A stretch of DNA of 64,000 nt from Octopus vulgaris (GCA_951406725.2 OX597818.1:23932001-23996000); one strand, 5' to 3'. Positions 1 to 14,193 are shown, counted from the stretch's first letter. Numbers and translations: made by a program. Notes: generated from the sequence alone by a model not told the origin.

Positions 1-1370
1 TTCCACTCTCTTTTGACTTCTTTCCCAGAGCTGGTAGATCCGACTTTCAAATCAGACAAAATTACGCACTCGACTCACCATTATATCACTACTTCTGGAC
101 CACCCGTTTTTTCATGTCCACAGTGACTCGCCCCTGATTGGCTCAAAAAGGCTTGATCTGAGTTTGAGTATATGCTTCAACTCAGCCTTATTCGCCCCTC
201 CACCAGCTCTTGAGCATCTCCTCTTCATTTGGCTTGGAAAGGGGATTCAGATTTTCATCCAGTGAGTGATTATACATGTTTAAATGCGGTCACTGTTCCA
301 GATTGCTATCCATTAAGGAATCTCCAGGATTTTGCTTCACACTTGCATGGTTGTACTGTTTTTTCCAAGGTTGACCTCATCTGGGCTTATCATCCAATTC
401 CGATGAACCCTGACAATATACACAAAAACTGCCATTACCACTCCTTTTGGAAGTTTTGAGTTCCTGTTTATGAGCTTCAGTTTGCAGAATGCAATGAGTA
501 CATTCCAGAGGTTTATTGATGAAGTTGTCTGTGGACTTGACTGTGCGCTTGCTTACATGGATGATTTGCTCATAGCTAGTGACTCACATGAAAATCACCT
601 CCATCACTAATCTCAACTTTTCCAGCATCTTTGCCCCGACAATGTGCGAATCAACCCTGCTAAATGTGTTTTCGGATAAACCTCTCTGAAATTCCTAGGT
701 CATTATATCGACTCTAATGGTATCTGATCTCTCTCCTCCAAAGTCGATACAAATCAATGCATCTCACTTTCCACTTCTTTATGCCATCTGTGTCATTTCT
801 TGGGAAACGTCAACTTCTACAGGGGATTCATACCTAAATGTGCAAATATGTTACATCCTTTGATTCAACTATTGAAAGCAAATAAAACAAAAAAATTCTC
901 CTATCACTTTATCTGCTGAGGCACTATCTTCTTTTGTGTAAATCAAGAAGGAAATAGCTTCTTTTCCTTTGCTTGCACATCCAGTTCCTGATGCTTGTCT
1001 CTCTTTAACAGTTGATGCATTGGATTCTGCAGTCGGGGCCGTTTTACAACATACCATCGATAATCAAACTTGACCTTTGGCATTTTTTTCTCGTCAATTA
1101 AAGCCAGCTGAACATCATTACAGTATATTTGATTGTGAACTCTTAGCGATCTACCTGTCGGTTCGTCATTTTCAATATCAACTTGATGGCCGAGATTTTG
1201 TGATTTATACTGATCGCAAACCGCTTACATTTGCTCTGCCATCTAAATTGGACAGACACCCACCTCGTGCTTTTTGTCACCTGGACTACATTTCCCAGTT
1301 CATGAGTGACATTCGGCATATACCTGAAACAGAGAACGTACCTGCTGACGCACTCTCTCGTTGCCGTATG
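1..1370 (+). mobile_element. Decayed Ty3/Gypsy LTR retrotransposon pol fragment (RT + RNase H)
   Basis: Motifs across frameshifts and stops: FSKVDLIWAYHPIP, YMDDLLIA (~554-577), LKFLGH, VDALDSAVGAVLQ, FFSRQLKPAEHHYSIFDCELLAIY, YTDRKPL, NVPADALSR. Confidence 0.9.
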
Positions 1371-1564
1371 TTCTCTTTCATCTCCTGCTGCAATCGATTT
1401 AACTGCCATTGTGCAGGATCATTTGAAAAGTTTAATTTCCCCCCATCCCACCCAAGAATTGGAGGGGGAATTAAAATTTTAAAACGCAGCTTTTTTTTTT
1501 TGCAGAATCAGTATCTCCGTACTCGAAAATGGTGTATTTAAAAAAAAAAAAAATGAAAGAGGGT

Positions 1565-1900
1565 GCGGTCCACATTCTTTACGTCCGCCACCACTTGTCT
1601 ATTAAGCCAGTGCACGAGATTTCCACCCTCCTCAAAATCCCTCGGTCCACGGTTTCCGATGTAAGAACGAAGTGGAAACGTGAAGAGAGGTGTACAACCC
1701 AAAAGCGTTCAGGCTGACCATGTTAACCCCCAAAGACCGTCGGATGTTGATGAGGGTCGCACGGCATAATGGTCTATCACCCCTCATCACCATCATACAG
1801 GATCTACTCTAAGCACCATGATTGTTCGGCGCGAGGTACGGGAACTTTGTTTCCATGGAAGAGCAGCTGCCCATAAGTATATGAGCATATTTTGACAACA
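1565..1900 (+). mobile_element. Tc1/mariner transposase N-terminal (HTH) remnant
   Basis: HEISTLLKIPRSTVSDVRTKWK...KRSG resembles the Tc1 paired-like HTH and GRP motif; broken by a stop. Confidence 0.65.
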
Positions 1901-2171
1901 AACTTAGATGCATCGAATAGGTTGGTATTTTACAGTAAATAAATTAAATTTCGAACGCTGGGTAGCTATGAAGACAGCCAAGAAAATTGGCTCAATTCCC
2001 CTAGAAAACAGAAAAAAAGTTGCTAGCAGACGGTATCTGAGAGGTACAGGGTTCGATTCTCTGTAGCCGCCTGTTTGTAACTTTTTTTCCCGTCTTCTAG
2101 AAGTATTTACCCAACCTTTTAGGCTGTTTGTACAGCTATCCCTCGTTCGAAATTTACTTAATTTTCTGTAG

Positions 2172-2212
<41 letters not shown>

Positions 2213-2704
2213 ATGAATGTATACATACATATATAACGATACTAAAAACCAGATCCACTCTTTATATTTATTTTCCCCAAAATTTGCTTGCTTGATTTTA
2301 TTTAAAAAAGTTTTAGAAAGGTCTTGTCTATTAATTGCATGACAAATCTCAGCTAATCGAAGTTTCTCAACCCCAACTTATATTACATATATAAGACCTT
2401 ATGCGTATTTAATCAGTATGTTTCCTTAACATATTTTCTCCTCAATGGCATGGTTGGTTGCGCGCGTGCGCACATACACACATACAGTTTCTGACATGCT
2501 ATGCCTCTTATTTCGAAATAGCAACAGAGGTGAAATCTTGTGAACGAATATTTTTGTGAGCATTTTTGTTATATCATTCAGGATCAATAAATATTTTAAG
2601 ATAGTTTTTGACCTCGAAATTTCCCCCTTATCTATCAAAGATAGATCTTAATCTTAAGCGGCCTTTTATATCCGGGCAATTTCTCTGCGCAGTCGCACTT
2701 GAAG

Positions 2705-2714
2705 TCTTTCTTTC
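2705..2714 (+). promoter_or_regulatory. TCT initiator / 5'TOP pyrimidine tract of RPS25
   Basis: tctttctttc about 30 nt upstream of the ATG at 2740, as is typical of ribosomal protein genes. YY1-like aacatggc (~2934) and ETS ccggaagt (~2987) lie in intron 1. Confidence 0.7.
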
Positions 2715-2739
2715 TGCTACAACCTCGTGGACGTATAGG

Positions 2740-5700
2740 ATGGTACGTTCTTCTCCTTCTTATTTTTTTCGCAATTCATTTTATTAGTGTTGCTTAAATT
2801 CTTACCAACGCTCAATATAACACAATTTAATCGATTACATTACTTCTGATAGTAATTTCTTTAGTGTTTAGAGTAAGTTAATGTCTTTTAATTATACGTT
2901 ACAATATCTTCTACCTCCTCAATGCATTTCTCAACATGGCAGCTTATTTTAACACAATTGTTAAAGTAAAGTTTCATTTAATTTATCCGGAAGTAGGATC
3001 TTTATGAATTGATATGTATATGATGTATGAAGGTACAAAATAGCCCTGAAATCGGCTTGTGAATGTCACAAAATATTTCATAAATGTGGTCTGTCTACCA
3101 TCAAAGTACACGTGGTATTTTTACGGAAACACGCATTTCTTTTCATCTGGGCAATTGAAAGAATGCGATTTTAGCGAAAATTATCCATAAATATCACATT
3201 CCTCTCATTTTGTTGCAAATACAATCAGCTCAAACAGTTATAGCTTGTTCTAATTTGCTTTCTACTACATATTCAATTCGCTTAAAATTTGCTTTTTCCG
3301 TTACGATGTCCTGTTTGATTTTGTTCTTTTTTCGGATACTCTTCTAGACGGCAAGCTGGCAGAATTGACACGCCGGGCAAAATACTTATCGGCATTTGTT
3401 CCGTTTTTAACGAAAGATCGCCTTTACGTTCGGCTTTAAAATTCTACCTAGCTCGATAAAATTAGTACCAGTCGAATATTGGCGTCGATGTAATCGACAT
3501 ACCTCTCTTCTGAAGTTGCTGGCCTTGTACCAAAATTCGAAACCAATATTTCTTTAATAACATCAACAGTAATGTACAAAAATAGATGGCTAATCGACGT
3601 GATGGAATTAAAAAGACTGCCAGGAAATTAATAAGCTGTTAAATGTAAACAGTATTCTGAAGTAATTTATCAGTCACATATTTTGAAAATTTTAGCCATT
3701 CGTTTCATTTTGAGTTATTTTGGGTTTTTATTCATTCTATTATAGCCGACTCCGCTTTAGTTAAGATTGACATGTCCTCTCGACGCTTGCTAACCTAAGT
3801 ATATTGTTTGATCGGAGTCTTGGATATAACGAGGAATATATTTACAATTAAGCCATTTGTCGAAATGACTAATTTTCTCGTCCTACATGTTTCTAATGGC
3901 TTTGTCTTAGTCTCTTTCGCTCTCATTGCTTCAAAAGTTCCCGCAAGCCCATATTTAAAAAAAAAAAAAAAATTTTTACGGAAATCGACGGAAAGGTCTA
4001 CTAGAGACGAAAGATTGCCAATTTTCGATATAAATAAGAGCGCATATAATCTTAACGCGGTACTATTTAAGAAGAGTGGTCCTATTAACGCCTTGTTAAT
4101 AACCAAATTAAAATAGATTTTCATTTTAAAAAAATATATATTTTTCATCTTCACCGTCAAATATTTTCTTGTAGCCGCCCAAAAAGACAGATAGCAAGGG
4201 AGGAAAAGGAGGAAAACAGCCGGAAAAGAAAAAGAAGGAAGGAGGATCCGGTGGTAAAGCCAAAAAGAAGGTAAATATCGATTCTAAATGCTGTCTATAT
4301 GTTTCAAATTGTGGAAATTTTTATATAACCTGATTAAAAATTTTTTCGTTAATAGTATGTTACTCTCGATTGTTGATTATCTGTAGGAATGGGGATGCAT
4401 CAGTGTCAATATAAAGACCTTCACTCGGGAACAAAACAAAAAATTAGCCAACCTGGGGTTAACAAGTGTGTGGAAAACGAAAATGGAGAAAAAAATGCAC
4501 GCTGATGACCCTGGCGGGTTGGGGGAAGGGACTTTCGGAAAATCCACATCCGATTTTCCCGTTATAACTTTTGGGAAAATGGATATGTAAATATATTGAT
4601 TTCTTTTTTTACGGAATCCCACGTTTTTGGCTATGGAGGATCCGATTCTGAAAAAAAAAAATTTTTTTTTCAAAAATCGCATTATCAATATAATATATTC
4701 AACCCTTCTACCCCCCCCCCAAATACGTAGAAAAATGCGAAGATTACGATTCTGAAAAATATTTCTAAGATCCTTACGCGTTAACGTAAACAAAAAAACA
4801 GCCTGCTGAGTGTTAATTGTAAAAAACGAATATGGGTGGGAGGAGGGGACTTCCGGAAAATTCAAAAGATCCGATTTTTCCCTCATATTATTCAGGAAAA
4901 TGGATATATATTGGAAAAAAAACCCAACAACCTCCTCTCCCAATTCTACGGCTTTTTGCCTTCAAGCAGGTTATCCACATGCTAGAAATAGCAGCCAAAT
5001 CTCAAATGGGCAAGACCAATTTCTGTTTCGCAAATGTCTTGTGCTGGTCAAATGATTCTCTTTAAGTTCACTTTGTCACAGTATTTCTTTGCTATGCTAT
5101 TTTTTGTAACTTTCAAAGCAAAAGAATGAACACTTTAATTTCACTTGAGATGAGTAGATTGATTGCATATTTCTAGCATGTGGATAGCCAGCTTGAAGGC
5201 CAAGGCCGTAGAATTGGGCGGGGGGGGGGTTTGCATGCAATTTAAATAATTTCTTTTGACAGATTGAAATTTTACAATTTTTTTTTCAGAATCGGATTCT
5301 CCATAGCTGAAAACGTGGGAATCCATAAAAAAAAAATCCAATATATATCCATTTCCTGAAAGTTATGAGGGAAAAGCTCCAAAATTTTTTTTTTTAATAT
5401 TATAAAAGCATTGATGTGTTTTTAAGATAAACTTGATGACCAAGACTGGAACACTGAGTCCAGGAACAATCTTGCATTTATATAATGGAACATAATAAAT
5501 TTATGGATCATTTAATGTAACTGTTGAGTAACTCAAAATACCATATATATTGTGTATAAATAACACTGAAGGCTATGGATTTTGTTTTTATTAGCAAATC
5601 AATTCCAGTCTGTTATAGAAGTGTTAAATGAAATTATCATGAATTGGCTGGCTGCCAATTTTTGCATTAAAGCAGTGACAGTCATAAAACAGTTCAAATT

Positions 5701-8700
5701 ACATTCTTTGTGATTAATGTAATCCTTTTAATTTCGGTTTTTAAAAAGTGAAGTATAATGGGGAGATGAAAAATATTAAAACATGGAGTCCGATGGGAAT
5801 TGACTTTGATCTCAAGAAGTATGGTAACTCCTAGATATGTTCTGGTCTTATTAGACCTCATCAGAAAAGAATAGCTTAATGATGACTGATGTGAAATATA
5901 ACACATTTTGTGAATGAATACAGTAGTGTTAGAAAAAAATATTAATTACTTGGGAAAATATTTAAAACTTAAGTTCAGTACTACAAGACAGGCCATTCTG
6001 CATAAACTATTCATAAGCTCCCATAAGTAAGAAAGTTTATTAATGATGAGCAAGCAAAGTTTCCCTGCCAAACACTTCATACTTGTTGGTCAAAAGCACT
6101 TCTGATTAGAAAAGAAACAAATACAATTAAGTCCGTCAAGACAGGTGCACTATGTATGTTCTGAACTTTATCACTCATTTTGTAAGGCTATTACTTTTGT
6201 ATGAACAATTTATACATATCTCATGAAAAACTTTTACTTAACTGATCAAAGTATTTTACTAACTGCTGTTTTTTTTTTCCATTGCAGAAGTGGTCAAAAG
6301 GAAAAGTCAGGGACAAGTTAAATAATTTAGTATTTTTTGACAATGCTACTTATGATAAGTTGTTAAAAGAAGTCCCAAGCTATAAACTGGTCACACCTTC
6401 AGTGGTTAGTGAAAGATTGAAGATTCGTGGTTCTCTGGCAAAACTTGCCCTCCGTGAATTGGAAAGACTAGGTAGGAATTTTTTTTGTTTTGTAGCAATT
6501 CATTAAATTTTTTTTTTATTTTAGAGTTGAGTTTATATGGTATCTAGAAAATATTTTCTTTATGACTGTCAATATTAAAATGAGAATTTAACAGAGGTTT
6601 GTAATTTAAAAATTATATTTGTATACTGAAGAGGTTACATTAAATAGCTAGCTGTGTGTATTGAATAAACACTATAACAAACATTGGGACTTCTGGATTG
6701 GAATGATCAGAGTTTTCTAATTTAGCAATTGTATAAATGAAAGAAATGATTTTGTTTGAAGAAAGTATTTCAACTAGGTACAAGGCTACTGTCAAGTAAT
6801 CCTCTATGTGAGAGACCAGAGAGCAATGTGCTTATTTCATTTCTGAAAGAAGGAATGCATGAAGGCAAGTTAAGCTCAATTGCTGGTGGTTGGAGTTTGA
6901 AAAGCACTACTAATATAGATTGGAGGGATCAATCAATTGAATGATTTTTGCTAATGTTTGGGTGAGAACTGACGTGCAGTAGATTAGACGTAAGCATAAT
7001 ATATTTATCAGATTGAGACTGAAATATATAGTTAATGCTTACAATATTGCCTGGAAATGAAATAAAAATAAATAGTGCAGTATGAAAACAAAAATGCACA
7101 GAAAGCAGTGGGGTGAGGACTTTGGAAAATTCACAAGATCCAAGTTTTTTTCCCTTTCAAACTGCATAGATTGCAATGAAATTTGTGGGGAGAGAACTTC
7201 AGAAAATTCTCAAGATCTAATGTTTTTCCCTCATAACTGTTAGGGAAATGGGTTTTTTAAATGACATTTATATTAATACCTTTCAAACTGCATGTGGCTT
7301 GTAGCTGAGTCTTTGCTTGTGTAACTTTTTCTGGTACTAAAGAAGAGTAGTCCCGGTGCGTGCATCCATGCTAGCTAGTCGTGACTAGTCGATCCTACAA
7401 CAACTACCTAGCAAAATAAATAAAACACAACATAATTTTTTTAAAACAGTAAATAAGGCACAAAAACGCAAAGGATCGACTAGTCACGACTAGCTAGTGC
7501 GGATGTGCGAGTACACACACCCGTAGTACCCTTTTTCTATGGTTAGGAGAACCATAGGATGGTTAATACGGTTTGGAGGAGGGGGGTGTATATGAGGTGG
7601 GATTTTACAACCAGTTGCTATTCTTGTTACCAAGGAAGGAATTTATATTAGCTCTCAGAGGCTCAAAGCAACGTTCAACATATATAAACATTCAGTTAAA
7701 TTTGCATGCACATGATGTAAGTATGTATATAGCATGTCATTAAGCACGAAAGGTGATCTTTCAGTATCTGGTGATTAAAGAGGAAATAACTAGGGGAGGC
7801 ACCAAGTTTAACAGTCTGTTTTGTCTTGACAATTCTTTGTTTTACAACATTGAAAAGTTACATCACTTTTTGAAATACAATTCATGATGTCTACTTAAAT
7901 TGTGAGTTTTTGTAAACTGATTTTTGATAGATCAAAAATTCATGTTTATGAATCAGTTCTGTCATGGAACCAAGCATCCCTGACAGCTCATGGCTGATGG
8001 CTGTTGGTCTCTACTCATAAATATCTTGCACTAACATGTGAAAATGAAGTGGTGTTTTAAGTTCAACATGAAGTATCTAAAATCAAACTAATTTTAAAAA
8101 AAGAGAAGGTCAAGACAATATTGGTTTGCTAGTAAATGTTACTAAACCAGCTTAGATCTTTTAATGAATAGCAATTCTTTCTTTTTTATCTGGAAAGTAA
8201 AACATTCCTTTTGATACTAAACTGTCCATTTTCAATTAAAACTTTTCCATTATTTTACATAATAGCTTTTTATTTTAAACATCTGAGTAATAATGAAATG
8301 GTTATTTTTTACAAAATTTCTTCAGACATGGACACTGTTTCCTCTAAATCCTATATTTTATGAAATTTCATTTGCAAGTTTTTTTTATGGCATGGATTAC
8401 TTAATTCAGAAGTGCAAGTGTTAAGTGACTGCATTACTCAATAGCCTGTATCTCAGTCTATATTTGCTCTACATAGACATATATGTCTTTGGAATCAGGA
8501 TGATCCTGAGATAGAAAATTTGCCCTTCATTTGGTTCTTGAACATCTAGCATTGTGATCAGGTCTGGATGAGAATTTATATGCTAACAGTTGAATTTTAA
8601 AAGAACTCCCAAAATTTTTGAACTTAGAAGTTTTTAATTTTTTCTGAATTTAAAGTAATACCATTTTGATAGGGTACCAATAAATGCTTTATTATTATTG

Positions 8701-10568
8701 CTCTCTTTAGTTTGGGGCCACAGGCTTTTAAGCTAGTCTAATATGAGTGGTATCTGTGGGTCTGGGTGTAAAATATTAGCTTCTTTTTTTGGCATAGTAT
8801 TAATGTTTTAGTTGAAGTAATTGAATATTTATAGGTTGTTTTAATATGAGCATGATTGGGTGTACTTTTTTATTTTAGCTGCATGTATGTTGGTGGGTGA
8901 ACGTTAGGAAAATTAGCTACATTTATTTCACTAGTCTCAATGTGTGCAAAAGGCCACAGGTACCTTTCTCCAAACCAAACAAATTAAAATATATTCTACA
9001 AAATACTTTCTAGCATTTATTTTAACAATATTTTTATATTCTGCATCTTGTTATTCTTCAGTTTGCATGTTTTGTTCAATAGTTGATTTGGGTTCTCTGT
9101 AGAGATGATAAAGTTCTGACTCCTGAAGTTAATTATGATGTTCTTATCCTCTAAGAAGTTCTGAACAGATAACCAGGCTTATTATTTTTGGTCCATAAGC
9201 CTTGTTCTTTATTTTTTTTCTAGACAGTTATATTTTGTTTTGCTTGAAAATATATTTGAAAATTCTAATAACTTTATTTTTTTTCATATAAAATTACTTT
9301 GTGTGTTAGGCCAAGTGAGCAATATCTTATTTTTGCAGAACTTCCTAAACTGGTGAGTTTAAAGTTGAAGTTCATGTTAAATAAGCATTTATTGGTCAAT
9401 GTCATAAAGAGTTAGTGTTTTGTGAAGGGTAGGGATGGTGAAGATAGTTAAGAGAAATAGCCTGTATCTTAGCTAGATATTTATTGTATGGTAGTATGTG
9501 TGCAAATTCTTGTTTCTCAAAAGTGTTTTAGTTTATATAATTATAAGAAGATAATGCTCATATAAAGAATGACTAATAAATGCAGTTCTGGAGTATCAAG
9601 TTCTGTTCAGTTCAAAATTTGTCGCTTTTAAATCATGAAATGTGTACAGGTGGTTTGATAGTTGGTTAACTTGGTTTAAGATCTTTTCTTTTATATTCAG
9701 CTAGGTGAGTGATACAGGTCACACCCTCAAGTTTTGTGTTGAGTAATTTTCATGCATTGGTTGCATAAAAAAGGGTTGTGATTTGAGAGATTTTGTATTT
9801 TTAATGCCAAAATATCAACTGGATGCCCTTCCTAATAGCAATGGCTTTCCAGTGTACTGGGGATTTTGATCATGCCAGCATTAGAGCTTTAACATCCTCA
9901 GTTAGGCTAAACAATCTTCACATTTTTTAAAGTGTAGAGTGTGCGGTTATATGGTGGGGGAGGGGGCACTAGTGCTAGAGAAATAACTGTTTTCAATATG
10001 ACTAGGGGGTTCTCAGAGCCCTGTCTCTGCTTGATTGCTTGCTAGTCTCTTTGAATGAGGCATAAATAAGAGGGATGTGTGATTAGGATGCTGGTATGAA
10101 CATTCAATACTCTATGATAGGTATGTATATTCAAGGCAACATAAGATGGTCTGGAAATGACAGAGACTAGGATGTGGGAGAGAAGAAATGTTTAATTGGT
10201 AATGATCAAAGATTTTTATGGAAGATGTGTGCACTTATTTGGTGTATTTTGTACAGCAATTATAATAAACTTGTTTCCATATATACTAGAGAAGTCTGTG
10301 CATTTTATAGGTGAGATACTTTTCTGATATTTTGTTGCTCAAACTTGGGTCTGCATATTATATACACAAGTAAATATAGTATGCTTGAACATGCTGCCTG
10401 TAAATATATAAATTTGTTTTCTATTATTTTGCATCTTCATAATTTTATCTTTTGTTGTAGATATCTTTACTGTTATTTTTTTTTTAAATTTTAGGTGACA
10501 TCAAGCTGGTATCCAAACACCATTCACAGATCATCTACACCAGAGCCACTAAGGAAGATGTAGCATAA
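2740..10568 (+). CDS. RPS25: 40S ribosomal protein S25 (eS25), 118 aa; join(2740..2742,4175..4270,6288..6471,10495..10568)
   Basis: Spliced translation [118 protein letters not shown]. All introns GT-AG with matching phases. AATAAA at 10585-10590. Confidence 0.97.
3350..3550 (+). mobile_element. tRNA-derived cephalopod SINE, degenerate
   Basis: ggcaagctggcagaat...cacgccgggc...tagtaccag...gtcgatgtaatcgac; same family as the copies near 36722, 42453 and 44180. Confidence 0.7.
4175..4270 (+). CDS. RPS25: RPS25 coding exon 2
   Basis: gtag|CCGCCC...AAGAAG|gtaaat; PPKK...GGKAKKK. Confidence 0.93.
4400..5380. repeat. Modular foldback-like repeat in RPS25 intron 2
   Basis: Modules such as ggctatggaggatccgattctgaaaaaa and ttcaagcaggttatccacatgctagaaata occur in both orientations (4960-5005 vs 5165-5200; 4620-4660 vs 5280-5325) and recur at 29.3-30.2 kb and 32.6-33.4 kb. 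Confidence 0.75.
6288..6471 (+). CDS. RPS25: RPS25 coding exon 3
   Basis: gcag|AAGTGG...CTAG|gtagga; [13 protein letters not shown] signature. Confidence 0.97.
7362..7506. repeat. Inverted repeat with perfect 26-bp arms (MITE-like hairpin)
   Basis: ctagctagtcgtgactagtcgatcct (7371-7396) is the exact reverse complement of 7472-7497, with a 75-nt AT-rich spacer. Confidence 0.85.
9097..9168 (+). ncRNA. SNORD61: Box C/D snoRNA, SNORD61 (U61)-like, in RPS25 intron 3
   Basis: Terminal stem ggttctctgt/acagataacc; C box GAGATGA (9102-9108); D' CTGA; C' ATGATG; guide cctctaagaagtt directly before D box CTGA (9161-9164). The guide is antisense to the conserved 18S segment AACUUCUUAGAGG and matches the recalled U61 3' end (CCTCTAAGAAGTTCTGA). 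Confidence 0.8.
10495..10568 (+). CDS. RPS25: RPS25 final exon
   Basis: ttag|GTGAC...GCATAA; [18 protein letters not shown]. Confidence 0.95.
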
Positions 10569-13500
10569 CCTTAGAATGAAGTTCAATAAATGGCATTAAT
10601 ATAAATTTGTTGTTTTCTAATTATTGGCTTTAACCTGTTCCCACTCTCCTTGTAACTGACGTGGAATCCACAATAGTGACTGTAACTAGATTGCTTTGTA
10701 AAATTAAGTCTTCAGTGTGTTAGAATAAGATGAATGTTAAACTTGCTCTTTTATCATTACATAGGGTTTGCTCTTATTAAAATTAATCATTGAAAGATTT
10801 CTGTTACCTAGGGGACTAAAATTAGTAATGAGGGAAGGTGCATGGAGAGTGTGATTACTAGAATAAGAATAGGATGCAAGAAATTCACAGAGCTGCCACT
10901 TGTTTTAGAGAGGAATGAGGCTGGTATGCTCTGCTGGATGTGTAATGTAAGTGAACATGTTTGACAGTGCTAGTGTTCTGAGAGAGAAGTAAGGCAGAAG
11001 AGGAATTAGTTCCTATGTGTTCCAATAGCTCCATAAGGGAGTGCCAATGTCTCAAAGTGGGTGGAAGACACGAGATGAAGTACTGAAGAACTACCTCAGG
11101 ATACTGAACCTTTCAGGTGAGTTGACAAAGGACTTAGATACCTGGCGCCTTGCCATACTTACAGAAACCCATAATCTGCAGCAGAAGTGTTAAGACCAAT
11201 CCTTTTGATGGTATAAAGTACTCGTACCATGTAGTGCCTAGTACACTGGTGTTAGGAAGGGCATCCAGCTGTAGAAACCATGCCATATCAGACGAGTGTG
11301 GTGTGGCTTGCCAGCTCTGGCCCTCAGCACTATTCTTATTCCATACCAGACACTAACGTTTGGCTTTATAAGTGGTTGCAAACAGGTACTTATCTATGCA
11401 TCTTTTTGGATACATGACTATGAACCAGAAATACCAAGGTCAATAGAGATATTTAACACTGTTGAAAAATATTTGGAATCATGTTAACTAACATGTTCTG
11501 TAGATAACCATTTCCCCATTAGCATTTAAATTGGCCAGATCTGGCTTCTCACCTCTACAATGTCATTCTAAAAGTTAAAACAATGAATAAATAATTATTA
11601 CATTTGACGAAATAATCTGAATGATAATGGGTTGAAAACAGTCATTGGGGCTAATTGTTCAGATAGGCATAGGTACAAGTGTGGCTATATGGTTAAGAAG
11701 CTTGCTCCCCAGTGAAGTAAACTTGGGTTCAGTCTCATTGTAGCATCCTGAGCAAGTATCTTCTATATTCAGGCCAATCAATTCCTTGTGAAAAGGACTG
11801 GTAGGCAGAAGCTAAAAGAAGCCTGTCATGAAATATTACCTTGGCCTCAAAATAGGTGAGGGTTGGGAGACAGAACAATCTATTGCAAATTCCATCTGAC
11901 CCACAAAAAAATGGATTGCATAATTAAACTGGCCTAAAGTATTCACTCTATGACCAAATAAATCGTCATGGAAATCTCATAGCTTTAAGATCATGAAAGG
12001 AAAAGCCATTTCTTTCTGAATACCGTGAACAATGTGCATGCATATGTTTGTAGTAAAAGCAAGAAATTAGAGGTTTAAGCTTTGGGAGGTAGATCGTTTT
12101 GTGGATTGAAATTTTTAATGACATCAGGAATAGCAAATGGGAAGGTGGATATCGGGTACACTGACCATAATATATCCAGTATCATGCCCCAAACCAGGTA
12201 TTATCTGCACTATTACTACAACCCTCTATACAAGGTGTACCCAATGTTGGACTTGACATCTGAAAAATCAAACTATTTTCCAGGAAAAAATCTGTCATGA
12301 TGAAGCAATAATTTCTGAACAGCGTACATTTCTAGCAAAACATGCCAGTTAGGGCATGACTGAATGGGAGGTTCATAATTCACCAACTACTGTGTAAACT
12401 TTTGACATTTACACTGAGAGAAGTAGAGACAAAATGGATTGGGGTCAATACAAGCATTTGTATTTTGACTTATTCTTGTTTTACAGTGGTTCTGACAGAA
12501 TGTTTTTGTAAACATTTGCAGTACAATAAAAGGTTACACCAAAAAAAAAAAGTTTACAAAATAATAAAATGAGAAGAGTGGAGACACTTGGCGAGGACAG
12601 CAAGTTGCAAGTCACCTTGTACAAGGACAGACAGCAAATGTTCATGTCTACCACTCAAAAAACAGGTGTTGGTACTGAAGGTAAACTCAATCATATAAAC
12701 AAATGGGGCAATGTCAAATCAAACCATTATGCTATCCAGTGAAACATCCTGGAAGAAAATGATATATCTTATGGGATTTTTAGTAAATTTAATCTCTAAA
12801 TTCTTTTATTGTGTACATGAAAAGCCACAAGGTATCACCATCAAAAGACTGCCATCAGAAACTTCCTATTGACATTACATGTCAGTTACAGAGTGGGTTG
12901 CAGGTGGCTATTCTCCAAGAAAGCAAAATGAACTGAAATGGATGGGTGTAAACAGAAAATATCAACTTCCACTAGTTTGAAAAGATAAAGGGGAGAAAAA
13001 AGGTATCAAGGTGAAACCTATTTTACATGTTTCTTTTGTGATGCATCCTTGTATAAAGGATGCTTTATGACAGTATAACATATTGTCTACAACGGAAATG
13101 CAATTATATATTCTCAGCATTTGAATATAAACAATGTGCATAAATGGGAAATTATTAATTTTCGTGTTAAGCTTTATTATTGGGTACTGCTGGTTTCGTC
13201 ATATGATGCATATGGATGAAGACAGTGGCATAAAGAAATGCTAAGCTCATTGTGGTAGGGGTAGACCCAGGAAGACAGGACAAAGTGGTAAATAGGCTCT
13301 TTGGACACTGGGCCTCGCTGAGACGACTGGAAGTTGTGGTGATTCACTGTACTTGATAAGTTGCATCAAACTAAGTAAAATGGCTGACATCCGTACACAT
13401 AGCCCTGTTCTCTACAGGTGCCAGTGGCATGGAAAAAGCACCCAGCAAACAGTAAAGTAGTTGGCACTAGGAAGAGCATCCAGCCCAAGAAACCATACCA

Positions 13501-13874
13501 CAAACAATTGGAGTCTAGACAGCTCCCTGGCTGGCCAGCTGCTGTCTAGTTGCAACTCATGCCAGTATGGAAAATATTAAACGATGGTGTAAATGTACCT
13601 TATTTTGTAAGGATACAGTGCTAATGGTTGACCAGTGAAAGAGTTTTATACGTTCTTTTCAATGAAAACAGAAAGAAAAATCTTATAATGATTATGCTGT
13701 CATTTTAATTCAAATTAGTGTACCTGAAAAATAAGTAAGGATTAGTTATACTAAGAGCATCAAACTGTAAAAAAATATACCTGAATTATCCACCTATGCT
13801 AGCATGTAAAAACTGTAAAATAATCAACTCAGATAATATCTAATTAGATTTGATGCTCACTACATTAACATCGG

Positions 13875-13910
<36 letters not shown>

Positions 13911-14193
13911 GAAGACTGGTGTATTTGCATTTGAAATTATCAGTTAAAGACCATTTCAAATGAGATGGATTTCACAGTGAATTCCTAAGCTCTCAATGAG
14001 CCATCGCAATTGATATCTCAGGAAAGGCTGCAATATTTATCATTTTACCAAAACACATTTAATAACAGATAAATGAAAAATTTTATGCAAAATATATTGA
14101 ACACTTTATTTTTCACAAAGTAGTGAATTACTACTAGATTCAGTCATGTGCAAGTGTGTCTCCACAACTACAACTACTGTAATTGTAACAACT

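Noticed and set aside
6043-6108. Second C/D snoRNA candidate (ATGATGA...CTGA) in RPS25 intron 2
   Set aside because: No proper terminal stem and no rRNA or snRNA complementarity that I could recognise; snoscan or small RNA data would be needed.
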